Shown: piece by piece, positions 38,101 to 49,310 of the stretch | Layout: the number at the start of each line of letters is the position of its first letter | Position numbering within the stretch: position 1 is the first letter of the stretch | NCBI GenBank assembly: GCA_963924565.1 | Contig: OZ004613.1 | Coordinates: forward strand, 10,230,001 to 10,294,000 | Length of the DNA: 64,000 nt | Source of the DNA: Ascidiella aspersa | Taxonomy: Eukaryota | Direction of reading: 5' to 3' | Notes under the pieces: generated by a model | What the model was told of the DNA's origin: nothing | Database searches by the model: none | The model's input: the letters and a program-made list of their open reading frames with translations, nothing else | Position numbers and translations under genes: made by a program

Positions 38101-41100
38101 CTGACACTTTTATGTTACGTTCGCTCCAAATCGGATTAATTCTGGTGTTTGAGTAGGGTGAATCGGAAGTAACCCAAGGCCTTGAATTAACAGCCTCCAG
38201 GGGCTCACTGCGCGCAAACCTAACATGCCAGAATCAATTATTTATCCGTTTATGTACCGCATGATGCGTTCTTTAAAAACGCCGATAAATTGCCTTGTGA
38301 CCAGGTTTAGCCTTAATGCTCAGATTTGTTGCTGTAATTATAGCTGATTATGTTTTTTCTATTACTCTACCAGTGCGTTCAATATTAGAATGAGTTTGAG
38401 AAAAATGTGAGTAACTTTTTATTTTTGTGAATGCTTGTTTTTGCAGTCAATATTTTCCGGTTCTGTTCTAGCTGAAAACCTTTCTTATTCGTATAACAGT
38501 ATATGAATGTTCAGTATAAAGCAACTCTATTTGACTTTATTGGAAGAAAACTATTGACTCGCCAAGTTTCGGAATAAAAGGTGCTGATTAAATCGAGATT
38601 GTTTTCGATTAAGGCAAAGTAGAATTTTATAAGAGCATATATAAGATCTAACAACGATAGTAATCGACTGCCGTACTTTGAAACTTTCCCCACAGTTTGC
38701 TGTAAAATCAGTGTCGAGTTTACGTTTTGTGGTTCTCCCGAGCTTTTTTCTTCGGTTACCTTCAGTATATCTTAGGCTTAAGGAAGTACCATGCATCTAA
38801 TCCTACGGTAGAAAGAACTGGTTGAATCATCGTTGAAACGCGTTAAGGCGACAGTACAACAGTGGTTCTGAACGGTCTGCGTCAACTTTCCTGCCGGTCC
38901 GCCAAATATATTACAATTTTACATCTCAATTGCAAAATACAAGACGTTGAAGGCTTGTCCATCAAATTTAGAACTTCGCCAGCTTCGTAATTTGCAGCAT
39001 TGTGACGTAACATAGAGTTAATCGTCAACTTCGAACTTTATCGTACGTCACAATGCTGCAGGTGTTGTGCCCAACTGTTAAACTAGGCTACAACTCGTTT
39101 CAGTCCTAAACTTGAAGACCAGTTGTGCGTGAATGACTTTAATAGAATCACGTGTAACACGTATGATATCAAAAAGACAGAAGCCAATTTCTTGAACTTT
39201 GAAGTTTTCGTTATTTGCTTTAATGCGCATACTTTTGTCGTAATTACATTTTGGGTTGATTTGTATTTTTGAAGCTCCACCGGTCGGCGAAATTTGTTTT
39301 GAAATTTTAGTAAGCAATAAGGTTGAGAACCACTGCGACTACAGTAGGTTTCTATAAGCCAAGGCTCGCTGCTTGAGGCTGACTGTTTCCACAATAGCTT
39401 AACAGACCTTGTTGGCGGCCCGGCGCAAAAAAATGCCGTAAAGCTTATTAGCCAGTTTCGCAACACCGGCGGGCCTTTTGTCTTTTGCTTTGCTTGAATT
39501 TCACGGCGGACCTCAGATCGATTAAGCGGCCATTTCACCGCCGACTTTGCCCGCTTGATAACTGGCGGAGATAGGCCGGAAAGGTTGCCGGCCTTGACGC
39601 TTTGCTTTCGCGCTGTGTTTTTACGTGTGTTATCACTAGTGAGTTAATCACTGAAAAGCTGCATTTAGAAGTGCAACTGCTAGAATAAACTTTGACTATG
39701 CTGTGTTCTGCTTTTGCTTAGTTGTCTTTTTTTTCTTCATTTTTATGCGCAGACAAAAGCTAAGAATTACAATATGCGCATATGTTGTTAAACGTTTTTG
39801 AACCATAAGTGCGTAGCAAATATCTGGAATCGAGCAGCTTTTAAGTCAACGTTCAATATTTCTATAATGTCGAAATAACAGGCTGAAATTTTCATACAAG
39901 ACTCACATTAACCTAATCTAACCAGATATTACATTTTCAGAAAAAAATATTTATTGAGCTGCTTGGTTTCCATTGGTAAACCAAAATAATGTGTCAGTTC
40001 AAAATTAGTGCAGATATTCAGTTACTTTCAATCGCATTTATATTTCCTATTTGCACACCAGTGGTCCCAATTGACGTATATCACAGGCCAAACAGACGTA
40101 AACATAAAATACCTATCTAGACTGATAACACCGAGTCGTATAGCAAACATACGAATCCATTTTAATCGCGACTTAACGAGCAATAACCCGCGTCAGCAAA
40201 TTCGCGATAATCCAAGTATTTATTTTGACTTTCAAGCTTTGTAAGTGAAAATCAGCTGAATTCCTTTACGTTGTGCGTTAGAACTTGGTGAAAATCAACG
40301 ACGTAATATGTGCCTAAATTACGAACATTTTGAGGCAATTATCGCTTCCACTAAAGTAATTTAAAAATGTAAATTTTCGCCTTGTTTCAAAGACGGGATA
40401 CCATTTGAAAGTTGCCCCTGATACGTTGAAAGCCCGGCCGCGAGTTCTACTATTTCTGTAACATCCATTTTGGGAGAAAATCTAACGGTTAAGCGGGGAC
40501 AAAAAAGCGAATATCATACCGTTTTGGCTATAGTACGTTGCCTTTATCTTGCAACAAAAACTAACGTCAAAAGGTCGCATCCCTTGTAGCGTAACGAAAG
40601 GTACGTAAACCTCCGCGGGAGCTTTGTTTGTTGAGCGACGCTTGTCCGAGCAGATTTGCGACACAGGAAATGTGTTAGTGGGTTTGTTGCCGCAAACTTA
40701 GGGTTTGTTTGGCTCTCGGATGGAGAAAGGAAAGGTTTGATTTTAAACGATTTTCGAACCCGAAATTCGGGGCTAAGGTTTCGTCGTATGCGTCGAAGGG
40801 AGGTGTTTTAATTGTTTTGCCGGCTGCACGGCTGTTATGGTTCTTTCAGGCGAGGTTGTTGCTGCTATAGGGAGAAACTCTGTATCTTGCAAAGGTTCGG
40901 TTGTATTAACTATTTATATTTAACTTTGTTCGATTTAACACCGCTCTGTCCAAAGGTTGTGTTTATTTACCACCTTGTGTCAGGTTTGCTTTGGGCAAAG
41001 CGCTCTCACTGTTCTTTCCTGCAACGTCGAAAAGACGACATAACGGGAGTTTTTAAGGAGAATTACCGCCGTTAAAACTGCGAACAAACGTTAAAATTGT

Positions 41101-44100
41101 GCCGGAAAAAATTCGAAGTTCAAGTCATGTTAGTTCGCATGTCCTCCTTCAACCGATAAAACGATAAAATCGATTGGGCGGGGATTTAATCTCTTGCAGA
41201 TTTAAGGAGAATTAACTCGTTTTCCTGCCGGCTTGCCTTCAGCAAATATCTATTGTAGTCGTTTAAAATTTTTTTTTTCTGCAAGGTGCACACAACCAAT
41301 TAAAAGATGCGTTCTCTATTCGTAGAAAATAATTAGTGTTTTTTTTTTTTTTTTCGACAGCATAAACCAAACGCATAAGGCTTAAATTATAGTATCAGCT
41401 AAGTAGAAAATGTAAGTGCGAAACCATTTTAATTGCAATAAAAATACTAAAGCCATTATATTCGATAAAATCGACACTTTGTTAAATCGTTTAATCGTCA
41501 CTTGAGTTTTTACAGGGATAACGGGGTGAGGTATTGCCGAAACATTTGTAAACAACTAAATGTCGATTTTATCGAATATATCATGGCTTTAGTATTTTTT
41601 AAAACTTAATGTTTTTCTTTTAATTGCCTTGTAGACTTTCCGAATGATGGTGTAAAACAGCCAGCGGCTTATTTTGGACAAAGTCGTCATGTTTTTGTCG
41701 GAAATTGGGCTCCAATAAAAGGCGATTTTTATCCGACTTCACATTTATGCGCCCCAAGATTTCAATAACAGAAATCGGCCCGAAAAACGCTTGACCCGAC
41801 TGATTAGATTTTTTTTATTACTTCCTATATGGCGCCGACCGTTTGAAAAACATTAGGAACCAGATACAAAAACGAGATAACCTTTCCCAGGTATGGCCAG
41901 AAAACTTAATGAAACATTTATTATACATATGTGATAAAGTGTTTGTATTTTCATTAGTCGCGACGAATTTTTTTAGTTGTTTACTTTGACGTATTGTCCT
42001 AACATTAACGCAATATAAGCCGATAGAAAAGGACCGCCTTAATTTTACACGCGAATAAACCATAGAAATGTGTATTGTGCGCCTAATTAGAGCAAGATTA
42101 AAAACGAATCTTCCAGATGCTGAAATACGCTGCGCACGTACTTGAAAAAAATGATTCGTGTATTGCACGACTGATAGTTGTCAGATGCTCTCACGGGCAA
42201 AATGCAGTTTTCGTGTTATCCTGTGGTCCCCGCCAGCGATTTACAAGCTGTAGCCGTCTATACTTTAAGAGATGTAAAACTATATAACTTGGATATATTG
42301 ATGGGCGTTTTCGTCGAAGTTTAAAAGACCCATATAGAACGCGTACATGAAGTATATACGATAAAAAGTGTGTGGTATAGTGGAGGGTCTATCTATAGGC
42401 CGAACTAACGTTTTTCTATTATTTTTTTATTAACCGTATTAGATGGCAATAATCGAAAAAGTTTTACCGCAAAAAAGTTAAGTTTAAAATAGAACGCATC
42501 GCTGCACAATAGAAACGAGTTAGTCATACAGGAATGTTACCGGCAAAGCCTTCTTGCGCTAATTTCTATTATACAGCCACCAGGGCATTTAAAATTCCTC
42601 TGTAGCCCGCTATACTGAACCCTCGGCCAAAGTATCTTGTAACTGGTAAACAACGGCGCGATTGTAATTCCCTAAGCTTATTGATAAAGATTTTACGTCC
42701 AAACCGTTAAAATGTAACATTACTCGGCTCTGATCGATTGGCGCCAGAAATAAATGACCTCACTGACTTGAAACATTGCATAATATTTTTTAAGCACGCT
42801 GTCATTGCGATACATTTTAAACCAGATTGCCACTTTGGTTATTGCTTGTTGTCGAATCGCATTCCTATGTTGTATTATTTTGCAGAATTAGCATTAAACA
42901 GGTCTTGTGCTATACATCTCATCTTTTAAGCAGTACTTGTTATCACCAATATTTTTAAAAAAAATTAGAAATTGATTTAGATAACTTAAAAAATCGAATT
43001 AGATATTCCTGTTAAGGCAAAAAGTTTTTAAGTCTCCCATGACACCTGAAAAAAAACCTAGGTCTTCCATGTAATGCGGATTAAAGCGCAAGGTTCCCAA
43101 AACATTTCACAACAGGTCGATGGACATGACAGCAGACCATTGCGACGGTTTCCAATTTGTGACCCCATATCTCTTTGCTTATGCGTAACGGTTGTATTTG
43201 TTGGGTAAATCCAATTTGAACCACACCTAGCCTGTTCGACTTAGTCATTTATTTCAGTTGATTTGGTATATACTAATTTTCTCCGATTTTTGCATTTGTG
43301 TATATTCATATAAATGTTCAAGATTTGCTAGTTTGGGTGAAAAGTGAACCTCGTGTAAATTTTGTTACTTGTTTTTTTTTTTGCCAGCCCACCTTCATGT
43401 ATACTGTTCCTAAAATTAATTTGAAAAATAAAAAAATAGGTCAATTTTGGCCGTATAGGGTGAAAACGGGCTTGTCAAATCGACGCAAACATGTTGAAGG
43501 GCAGCCAGATCTCGTCACTATTGTTTGTAAAATGTCAGATTTCCAACATGACTTACATTTGCTCGGTGACATCCGGAAAGCGCGTGGGAATGTATTTGAC
43601 GTTGAAGCACTTGGCCACGATTCGCGCGGTCGCATCTGCAATGAAGAAGGGAAAATGCAAAACTTTTAAAGCTGCTTTTACTCAAAAGGGTCGTCATTTA
43701 GCCTGTGTTTTGGTGGAAATCTAATGGGTGTCTAACTTATAACACGTTGTGATCTATACTTTTCCTATCATAGAAATATATAACAAAAATAATAAAAAAC
43801 GTTTATTTTTGCCAGTTCATTGGTAACGAATTCGATGAAAGCTGTCATTCGACCAAATTATTTTATTAGAAAAGCGGAAAACAACGGTTTTGCTTTGGCA
43901 CAACTTATGAATATAGCCATGGAAGGCCACAGTTGTAGAGTGTCGAACGCCGACCACCCTCCATATGGGGTCGTCTTTGCTCTCTACATATTAATTGTCA
44001 GACAAGGCTTTCCTCCAAAAACGCGGGCATTCTTTCGTTTCCGCCCTATACCCTAGGCCTATGTGCCTGGAAATCGCGATTGCCTATCTGCGAAGAGGTG

Positions 44101-47100
44101 CTGAGAGATTAAGATCGCCGTCATGTATAGCCGCCCAACATCCAATACGCGTACAGCGCGTACACAGTGCATGTGTTGCAGGAGGCTGTGTGTGTATGTA
44201 TAGAGGGCGTGAGTCAGAAGACCGGTATTCATTCGGCCTATAGCATACGACCGTTCAGTCATGTAGCCGTTTTCAAGGTTTTCGTGCAAGTTGGATCGTA
44301 CACGGGAGGCTTTTCAAACAGCTTTTTCCCGATTAACGTCTCGTGACTGTATATGCGAGGACCTTCTCCTTAATGCGTTCGCCTTGTTCGCGTTTGCCCA
44401 CACACATGCACACTCGCATTTTTGAACGTTGTTTATCGCAACACTATAAGAGCCGGAGAAAACCTTAAGCGAAAAAAGGTTGCGCCATATTTACTCGGTT
44501 TTCAAATCACAATGATAGCGGTAGCGTTGGGAATTGGTTAGAACCCATGTATGAAAAAATATTATTCTCCACACCATTGGATGATTACCCCAAAATTTAA
44601 ACGGGTAATTCGGCAATTTAGGATGTCATTTTGCCAGTAACATGTATTGCTATATGCAGGCCGCTGAATAGAAAAAAACAGCAGACCAGCTTTGTTGATG
44701 TTTTTAATTTTAATGTTCATAAATGTATAAAGTTATTCTTGAGTTGTTTAATCCTTAAATAATTGCAGGTGATAGACCTCAAATAACTGCAGGTCATGTC
44801 CGTAATAATGCGAAAAAAACGTGTAGAACGACTGCTCGTCACAAACAACCAATTTGGCCACTGTTAAGTTAAAAAATGAAGCATTTCGTCACGCTTATTA
44901 CCAAATTGCCTAAGTTATTTTTTATTGATTTTCAAAGTTTTTGATTTAGCCACTCCTTGTTACCATCACCATCCACAGAAAAAGTACTTGGGTCATTTTT
45001 AGGTCTTTTCCCACTCCCTTGTTCAAAAAAATGACTTAGGCACTTTTTCTATGGATGGGGATGGCAACAAGGAATGACTTAGGCAAAAACTCTGAAAATC
45101 ATAAAAAATGACTTAGGCAATTTGGTTATGAGCGTGACGATTTGCACTAAAACTGCATACAACATTGGCACTGTTTGAAATGCCGAGGTTCGACAAGTGC
45201 CGATTTTATGGGTCGATTTCAATTGCTAAACAAGCCATATACGCGACCGCGGACAACACGAGAATCAGGCAATGTACGTACACGTTTCGCAAATAGACGG
45301 CGCCACAAAGAGCAGCGGAGAACATTTGAGACTGCGACACTTCCGATGAGGTCGCAAAAGACCGCTGAAAATCGTTTAAACCGCGGCGGCAGCATTCCGC
45401 GTTCGAACTCGATCTAACGTCAAACTTAAACATAAGTCAAAACCAGGAGTTTATCCTACCTTCGTGGGCTCCTTTGACTACCTCGCAGCAGCAAGTTGAG
45501 GGCAGTCCGGCGCACTCGGCCACGTCCGTAGGCTCGGGACACAACTGCCAAAACAAACACCGGCTGAAAATCGAATTCGTTTGTATGGACGACAAATATT
45601 GTACAGTTGTTTCACAGCCAACTAAAAACGAAGCGGACGACTTAACTCATTAAAAATCATTGCTTTATTGAAACTTTATTTTGATAAGGCAGGTTGATAT
45701 TGGAATATGCAAGAGGTGAACCAAAATTCGTATATATTCGTATAGAATCAATGCCTTTTCATAATGTTGAAATAACTAAAATATTTCGAAATGCTATACC
45801 TATATTCCAGATAGGTTTGATATTCAAACTCATTAGAATCTCCAACCATTATGTTAAAAAACAACCGAAATGTTCGCTTGCTTGTTTTTTTGAAATAGGT
45901 AATGTTGACCAAAGATCTTTGTTAAATAAGACATGCCCTTGATATCAAAATGATTTTTTGCAAGCGCTATTTAAAATAAGAACATAAGTGAAGACTTATG
46001 AAGACTTATGGACTTATGTTTCGCAAAAGTTAAAATGTATAATATGATTATATTTGATTTGACGGTAGCGGGGAATTTCGCAACGACTCGTCATTATTTA
46101 CGTGACCTCTTGTGCAAAAGTCGAAATCCGGCTTATGCGATTATTTTTGGAGCAAACTGATCAGGATTAAGGAGCGTTTTTGACTCGGGCGGAAAACAAA
46201 TTCGTTGGAAACAGTGCGTTTTGAAAAGCAGCGCCCTGCCCAGGATTATTTCGCCCTGCCTAGGCAATCTGGCAAATGAAAACGAATCTGTCGTGCAACC
46301 GATCCATTTAAGGTTTTAACGCTGTTTACTACAAAGAATTGCATATCGTTGTAGCAGATCAAGCTTAGCACATTCACCTCAATTATATAGGATGAATGCC
46401 TGATTGGGGAGGGGAAATCTAAGATTGCTACAATATGTTTAAACTTATTCTTTTAGGAAATGACAGCTGAATGTCGTTGTTAACTTTTTAAGGTTTGCTC
46501 ATGTTATCCTTTTTTTGGTTTATACTTTACTTTTAATTCGGAAACACGCCATCGGTGGTATGAAATAACAAAATCGTACTTCGATATGTATGCAAGCGAT
46601 TTCACCGAAAAGGATTTAGTTTCCAAGATAATTTCACTATATATCATTGCAATGTGGTGGTCGGAATTTAGTCCATGAGAAGTTTTTATCGACATGTAAA
46701 ATATCTTACGCAAGAATCTTGAAAGGAAACATTCTATTTATTTACCGCCTATATAGGCTATATCGTTTTATATGGTTGGAAAAGTTGTCAAAGCGATTTT
46801 AATCTGTAAATAATCGTGTATAAACAAACAAACAGATAAGTGTAAATAAACTCATATCAATGTAAAAGGTTTGTACATTATCCCAGTATCACCATGATTT
46901 AATACCACAGACTGTCAAAACATATTAACAATAACATGATCAAAATACATCAGCAACCACCGATCATTATTCTACGCTGTGGTGGTATATAAGAACATTA
47001 GCACGAGCGCGCGGTCTTTAACGGGCGAAAGCAACACGTTGTGACCATCATCGCGGCCCTTTAATTGAGTCAATTAGCGACGACGGGAGAGAGAGACCTT

Positions 47101-47366
47101 GATAAATAATTGCGCCTAAAGTAAGACCCCACCTCGCTAAATCTGTCGATTTCCACCGGTTTTGAGATGGCCGGTACGGTGAGCACGGTCGACGCTGCGA
47201 TCACAAGCAAAATGGTCGTCGGCGCAGGCATTCCTGGAAATGTGTTGTTCAAAGCTTGTTTTCGCCGTTTGCTGCTCGTCCGCTCTTCGCTCGGCCCGAT
47301 CGTTTCTTTTCCTCGAGGTTTTTTGGTTGCGATTAAATGTCTTCTCCGATTAGGAAGCGTCGGCAT
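7352..47366 (-). CDS. Glycoprotein hormone receptor-like GPCR (type A LGR; TSHR/LHCGR/FSHR family), 18 coding exons, ~1100 aa
   Basis: Manual splice model complement(join 47133-47366, 45460-45544, 43557-43635, 36417-36494, 30171-30245, 22910-22984, 22562-22642, 20497-20574, 19197-19268, 18802-18876, 18188-18377, 17575-17728, 16695-16812, 11712-12245, 11126-11301, 10083-10266, 9315-9548, 7352-8132) = 3303 nt in one open frame, all GT-AG. Family motifs: TYPAHCC, CTPAPDSFNPCEDLLG, NLAFADFCMGLY, SLERW, CLPM, AKRMAVLVFTDF, NPFLYAILTKSFRKD. Not assignable to one vertebrate paralog. Confidence 0.95.
8227..8531. mobile_element. hAT MITE in intron 17
   Basis: TIRs CAGTGGTTTTCAAC / GTTGAGAACCACTG; perfect TSD GCTTTAAC. 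Confidence 0.93.
9315..9548 (-). CDS. GPHR exon 17 (ICL3 end, TM6, TM7)
   Basis: ttggcag|DGCYHAAADSRSADARVAKRMAVLVFTDFACFFP...YPFNACCNPFLYAILT|gtgagt; 234 nt. Confidence 0.96.
10083..10266 (-). CDS. GPHR exon 16 (TM5, ICL3 start)
   Basis: attttag|GKAYIAAILSLDIIAFLIVIGSYLWMYAIVRSANG...KSRASS|gtaaga; 184 nt. Confidence 0.94.
11126..11301 (-). CDS. GPHR exon 15 (ICL2, TM4, ECL2)
   Basis: cgcgcag|YAIRYAIQLDKRMTLK...LPLVGVNSYTKTAVCLPMEVNTTS|gtgagc; 176 nt. Confidence 0.96.
11712..12245 (-). CDS. GPHR exon 14 (hinge end, FNPCED internal agonist, TM1-TM3)
   Basis: atttacag|EASPESAAAGWKSEP...CTPAPDSFNPCEDLLG...NLAFADFCMGLY...SLER(W)|gtgagt; 534 nt. Confidence 0.97.
12225..12915. repeat. Tandem array (6 copies, alternating A/B units) of the intron 13/exon 14 junction
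   Basis: Units begin GCCGACTCGGGACTCGCCTCG-like at ~12225, 12339, 12545, 12659, 12756, 12870. Confidence 0.9.
14322..14512. repeat. Imperfect (CA)n microsatellite with ATAGTCCACAC sub-repeat
   Basis: Direct reading. Confidence 0.9.
16695..16812 (-). CDS. GPHR exon 13 (acidic/aromatic hinge)
   Basis: tgtccag|ASYFDSEYNFDDFFASESFEEHPDPDRNKDLLLNWGATD|gtaaca; 118 nt, phase 1->2. Confidence 0.88.
17342..17560 (+). mobile_element. tRNA-derived SINE (antisense in intron 12)
   Basis: Pol III A-box-like TAGATAAATTGG, B-box GAGTTCGAACC within GAGGTCATGAGTTCGAACCTC, then a non-tRNA body; 3' end approximate. Confidence 0.6.
17575..17728 (-). CDS. GPHR exon 12 (acidic hinge)
   Basis: ctatcaag|VFQETDSLPDVPCEEDEDEVG...DADTSFN|gtaagt; 154 nt, phase 0->1. 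Confidence 0.88.
18188..18377 (-). CDS. GPHR exon 11 (last LRRs + YPAHCC)
   Basis: tctgcag|SLRDTSISDLPVEGLGNLAILDVSDTPKLVRFPTSSQLPDLHKAEVTYPAHCCSLNEQYGFGE|gtgaga; 190 nt, phase 2->0; equivalent of vertebrate GPHR exon 9. Confidence 0.95.
18802..18876 (-). CDS. GPHR exon 10 (LRR)
   Basis: cttacag|SLDYNSALKNLHAGVFSGMKSIHS|gtaagt; 75 nt, phase 2-2. Confidence 0.93.
19197..19268 (-). CDS. GPHR exon 9 (LRR)
   Basis: tttccag|IIESNPRLKKVDKHAFLDSRVTK|gtgagt; 72 nt, phase 2-2. Confidence 0.92.
20497..20574 (-). CDS. GPHR exon 8 (LRR)
   Basis: attccag|TFSHNQRLEVIQSKAFYNLSSTDFK|gtaagt; 78 nt, phase 2-2. Confidence 0.93.
20711..21523. mobile_element. hAT non-autonomous element (813 bp) in intron 7
   Basis: TIRs CAGTGTTTCCCAAAC / GTTTGGGAACCACTG; perfect TSD CTTTAAAT; subterminal CGCGTACCAC repeats. 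Confidence 0.94.
21654..21857. mobile_element. Short degenerate hAT MITE
   Basis: CAG...CCCTG termini, perfect TSD GCCTACAT, internal GGGGTCGC motif (also near 48197 and 49825). Confidence 0.75.
22562..22642 (-). CDS. GPHR exon 7 (LRR)
   Basis: ttttacag|SLKGTGLKQVEGFSGMRAAFLRSEIT|gtgagt; 81 nt, phase 2-2. Confidence 0.92.
22910..22984 (-). CDS. GPHR exon 6 (LRR)
   Basis: gtttcag|YFDNVNNLIFISPSAFENLPHLTA|gtgagt; 75 nt, phase 2-2. Confidence 0.93.
25465..25830. mobile_element. Second copy of the ATCGG/GATAC-motif element (degenerate)
   Basis: Similarity to 4154-4581; boundaries approximate. Confidence 0.5.
30171..30245 (-). CDS. GPHR exon 5 (LRR)
   Basis: ttttgcag|NLELDDQLESISARTFSGFLKLQY|gtaagt; 75 nt, phase 2-2. 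Confidence 0.92.
33333..33486. mobile_element. Foldback/palindromic MITE-like element
   Basis: ~70-bp inverted arms (AGGTATCATTTTGAACGTTTCGAAT / ATTCGAAACGTTCAAAATGATACCT); half copy at ~59002-59080. Confidence 0.8.
34788..35229. mobile_element. Degenerate hAT-like MITE
   Basis: CAGAGGTAAACCAACC..GGCCC..GGGCCGG left end; GGCCC..GCCGACCCCT right end; related to the 1240-2384 and 57637-58475 ends. Confidence 0.6.
36417..36494 (-). CDS. GPHR exon 4 (LRR)
   Basis: gttgcag|TLSRTSIHALGQSSFNKTQLQHLNN|gtaagt; 78 nt, phase 2-2. Confidence 0.9.
38860..39335. mobile_element. hAT-like MITE with internal 17-bp inverted repeat
   Basis: CAGTGGTTCTGAAC / GTTGAGAACCACTG; TSD decayed; TGCAGCATTGTGACGTA..TACGTCACAATGCTGCA at ~38992-39060. 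Confidence 0.75.
41440..41600. mobile_element. Foldback MITE-like inverted repeat
   Basis: AAAATACTAAAGCCAT..ATATTCGATAAAATCGACA / TGTCGATTTTATCGAATAT..ATGGCTTTAGTATTTT. Confidence 0.75.
43557..43635 (-). CDS. GPHR exon 3 (end of LRRNT)
   Basis: cattgcag|DATARIVAKCFNVKYIPTRFPDVTEQI|gtaagt; 79 nt, phase 1->2. Confidence 0.9.
44887..45140. mobile_element. Foldback element with ~115-bp inverted arms and modular ATGACTTAGGCA repeats
   Basis: TCGTCACGCTTATTACCAAATTGCCTAAG / CTTAGGCAATTTGGTTATGAGCGTGACGA. Confidence 0.8.
45460..45544 (-). CDS. GPHR exon 2 (LRRNT Cys box)
   Basis: ttttggcag|LCPEPTDVAECAGLPSTCCCEVVKGAHE|gtagga; 85 nt, phase 0->1. Confidence 0.88.
47133..47366 (-). CDS. GPHR coding exon 1 (basic N-extension + signal peptide)
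   Basis: MPTLPNRRR...MPAPTTILLVIAASTVLTVPAISKPVEIDRFSE; donor GAG|gtgggg, phase 0, matches exon 2. Start could be the second ATG at 47231. Confidence 0.75.
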
Positions 47367-49139
47367 ACATTTGTAAAGGTACTTTTACGGTTTGTACAAT
47401 TATTATTTAGCTTTTACCTCTCTGTAGACAGCATCCAATGAAGTTTAGGAAAACTTTTAAAGAAGACGTTTTGTCAAACGAAGCGTTGGGAAAACCTTTC
47501 TTTTCAAAAACTTAACCGTAATTTTCAACTTGTTTAAGCCAATCTCGGCTTACGTTTTCACGATTTTTTCAGAAAAAAATTTGACGTGTAAATATCCACA
47601 TTTTTTATTGTAGGGGTATTCCAGGAAACCCTCCACTTGCTAACAAGTAAGACTGCTATTTTGAGGACATATAGAAAACCTTTAAAGGCCTTATGGAAAA
47701 TAGGCTTTCTTTAAATACTGATAATGCGTGAAGTGGTAGTTTAGGGGCAACTTTATATAATTTCACGATCATTGTATAGCACATCGAGGTATATCGTTAT
47801 CATCGTGCTGTTTTCTTAATCAAAAATGCGAGTGAAAACGTATACGTCGCATATACGTTTCTTATAATTTTATAAAATTCACTTTCACGCTTTCGTAGGG
47901 TCTAATAAACTGGCCGAAAAAATTATTCAAAAAATTATTCGTAGCCAAGAGTGACGGGTTTAATGAAATATGACTTTCACGTCAACTTAGCATGTCTAAT
48001 TAGGAGGCCGACACTGACTATTATCAAAGTACAAACCTAATTCATTTAATTACATTAGTTCTCCCTAATCTATAAGTTTGCAGCGGTTGAACAGAAAATA
48101 AAGCTCGGCAAGTCCCCTGACTTGATTTTCTAAAAAATAATTGTACAAGAAAAATAAGCTATATTTGCGAAGTGCTGTTGAAGTCAACCTTATTTGGGGG
48201 GTCGCGAACCCCGGGTTCACAAGGCATAGCTGCGAGCCAAAGGCCAACGAAATGTTAAAAACTTCCTGCAGGCTGCAAAGTGATCGCCGGGCGCCGTCTC
48301 GCTTCCTTAACTGGGACTATACTTCGTGCTTATTCGTTCACCGCCGAATCCAGCGACGCCTTGCCGAACGCAAAAAGTGCCGCACTCTGGTGACCTTTCC
48401 TACCTTTGCGCTGTTTGTTTCCTTCGGTTTAGGTGCGCTCGTCGTTTAGGAGCCCTTTCCTTTTCCTCAACCGCTTTCGACCTGCGTTGTGTGATGTTTA
48501 TCTCGATCCAAAAAACCCGCAGACCGGTGGATAGCGAAGCAAAGCCAAGTTCGATAGTTGGTGAATAGACGGCTTAATTACTGGCGGTTCCCTATTATCT
48601 GAATAAAGATTCAGAGCTTTTCGTCTTGGCTGATTTTGTTCTGAGAGTTGCTTTACTAGCAGTTTACAAGCACCTGACTATAGCCACGGTAGCATGTCAG
48701 ATTATCCCGCGCGTACAATAGGCTCGGATTCCGGGCTATTACTGATTGGATCAGGTTGCGTTCTAACTACCTCACAACCCTAAAATACCAGGGGTAAACA
48801 CTGACACAACCCTACCATGGGCCTGTCGCCCGCGTCGGACACCGTTAAAAACTGCCGCCGAGCCCCTATCTCTCGTTATATACTCCATCATAAGGCGGCC
48901 ACCCAAAAAAGTGCATTCGCCCGTGCCTATACCTGAAGCAGCGATTAAGACGTTATGCGTCGCGCGCGCTAACCGGCCTATCACGTCGCTCTGCCTAATA
49001 ACCCAATGCCGGCGTCGCTGACTGGCCTTTTTCTTGCACTCCGACAAGAAGAAAGCTATCTCCGATGCTGCCTTAAAGACAATGCGAAAAAGTCAGTCGC
49101 TTTGCCCGATGCGCGTCATCGGCGGTGGTTTTTCCAGCG

Positions 49140-49310
49140 GCCGGCAACTCTGGGGCGGTCGCAATTACGCAAGTCGCGGGCGGGATTGGGGCGATAATGA
49201 ACGGCGGCGGCCTTGCGCGCGACGTTGCAGTTTGTTTGTTGTAGCGCGCGAGAAGCCTGTTGCACTTGAAACCGCACAATCAGCGATAAAGCAAGTCTGT
49301 CGTTGAATTG
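49140..49310. promoter_or_regulatory. CpG-rich promoter-like segment ~1.8 kb upstream of the receptor ATG
   Basis: GGGGCGG (49152), GGGCGGG (49178), ATTGG (49185), CpG-dense; orientation unresolved. Confidence 0.4.

Noticed and set aside
19841-48741. Shared 10-11-mers between the random-looking blocks (GATTAAGTCGG, CGGGCTATTA)
   Set aside because: About this many matches are expected by chance in ~3.5 kb of sequence, and they do not extend.
48752-48780. let-7 seed TGAGGTAGT on the minus strand
   Set aside because: The remainder (TAGAACGCAACC) is unlike let-7 and there is no complementary star arm at pre-miRNA distance; a 9-mer match is plausible by chance.
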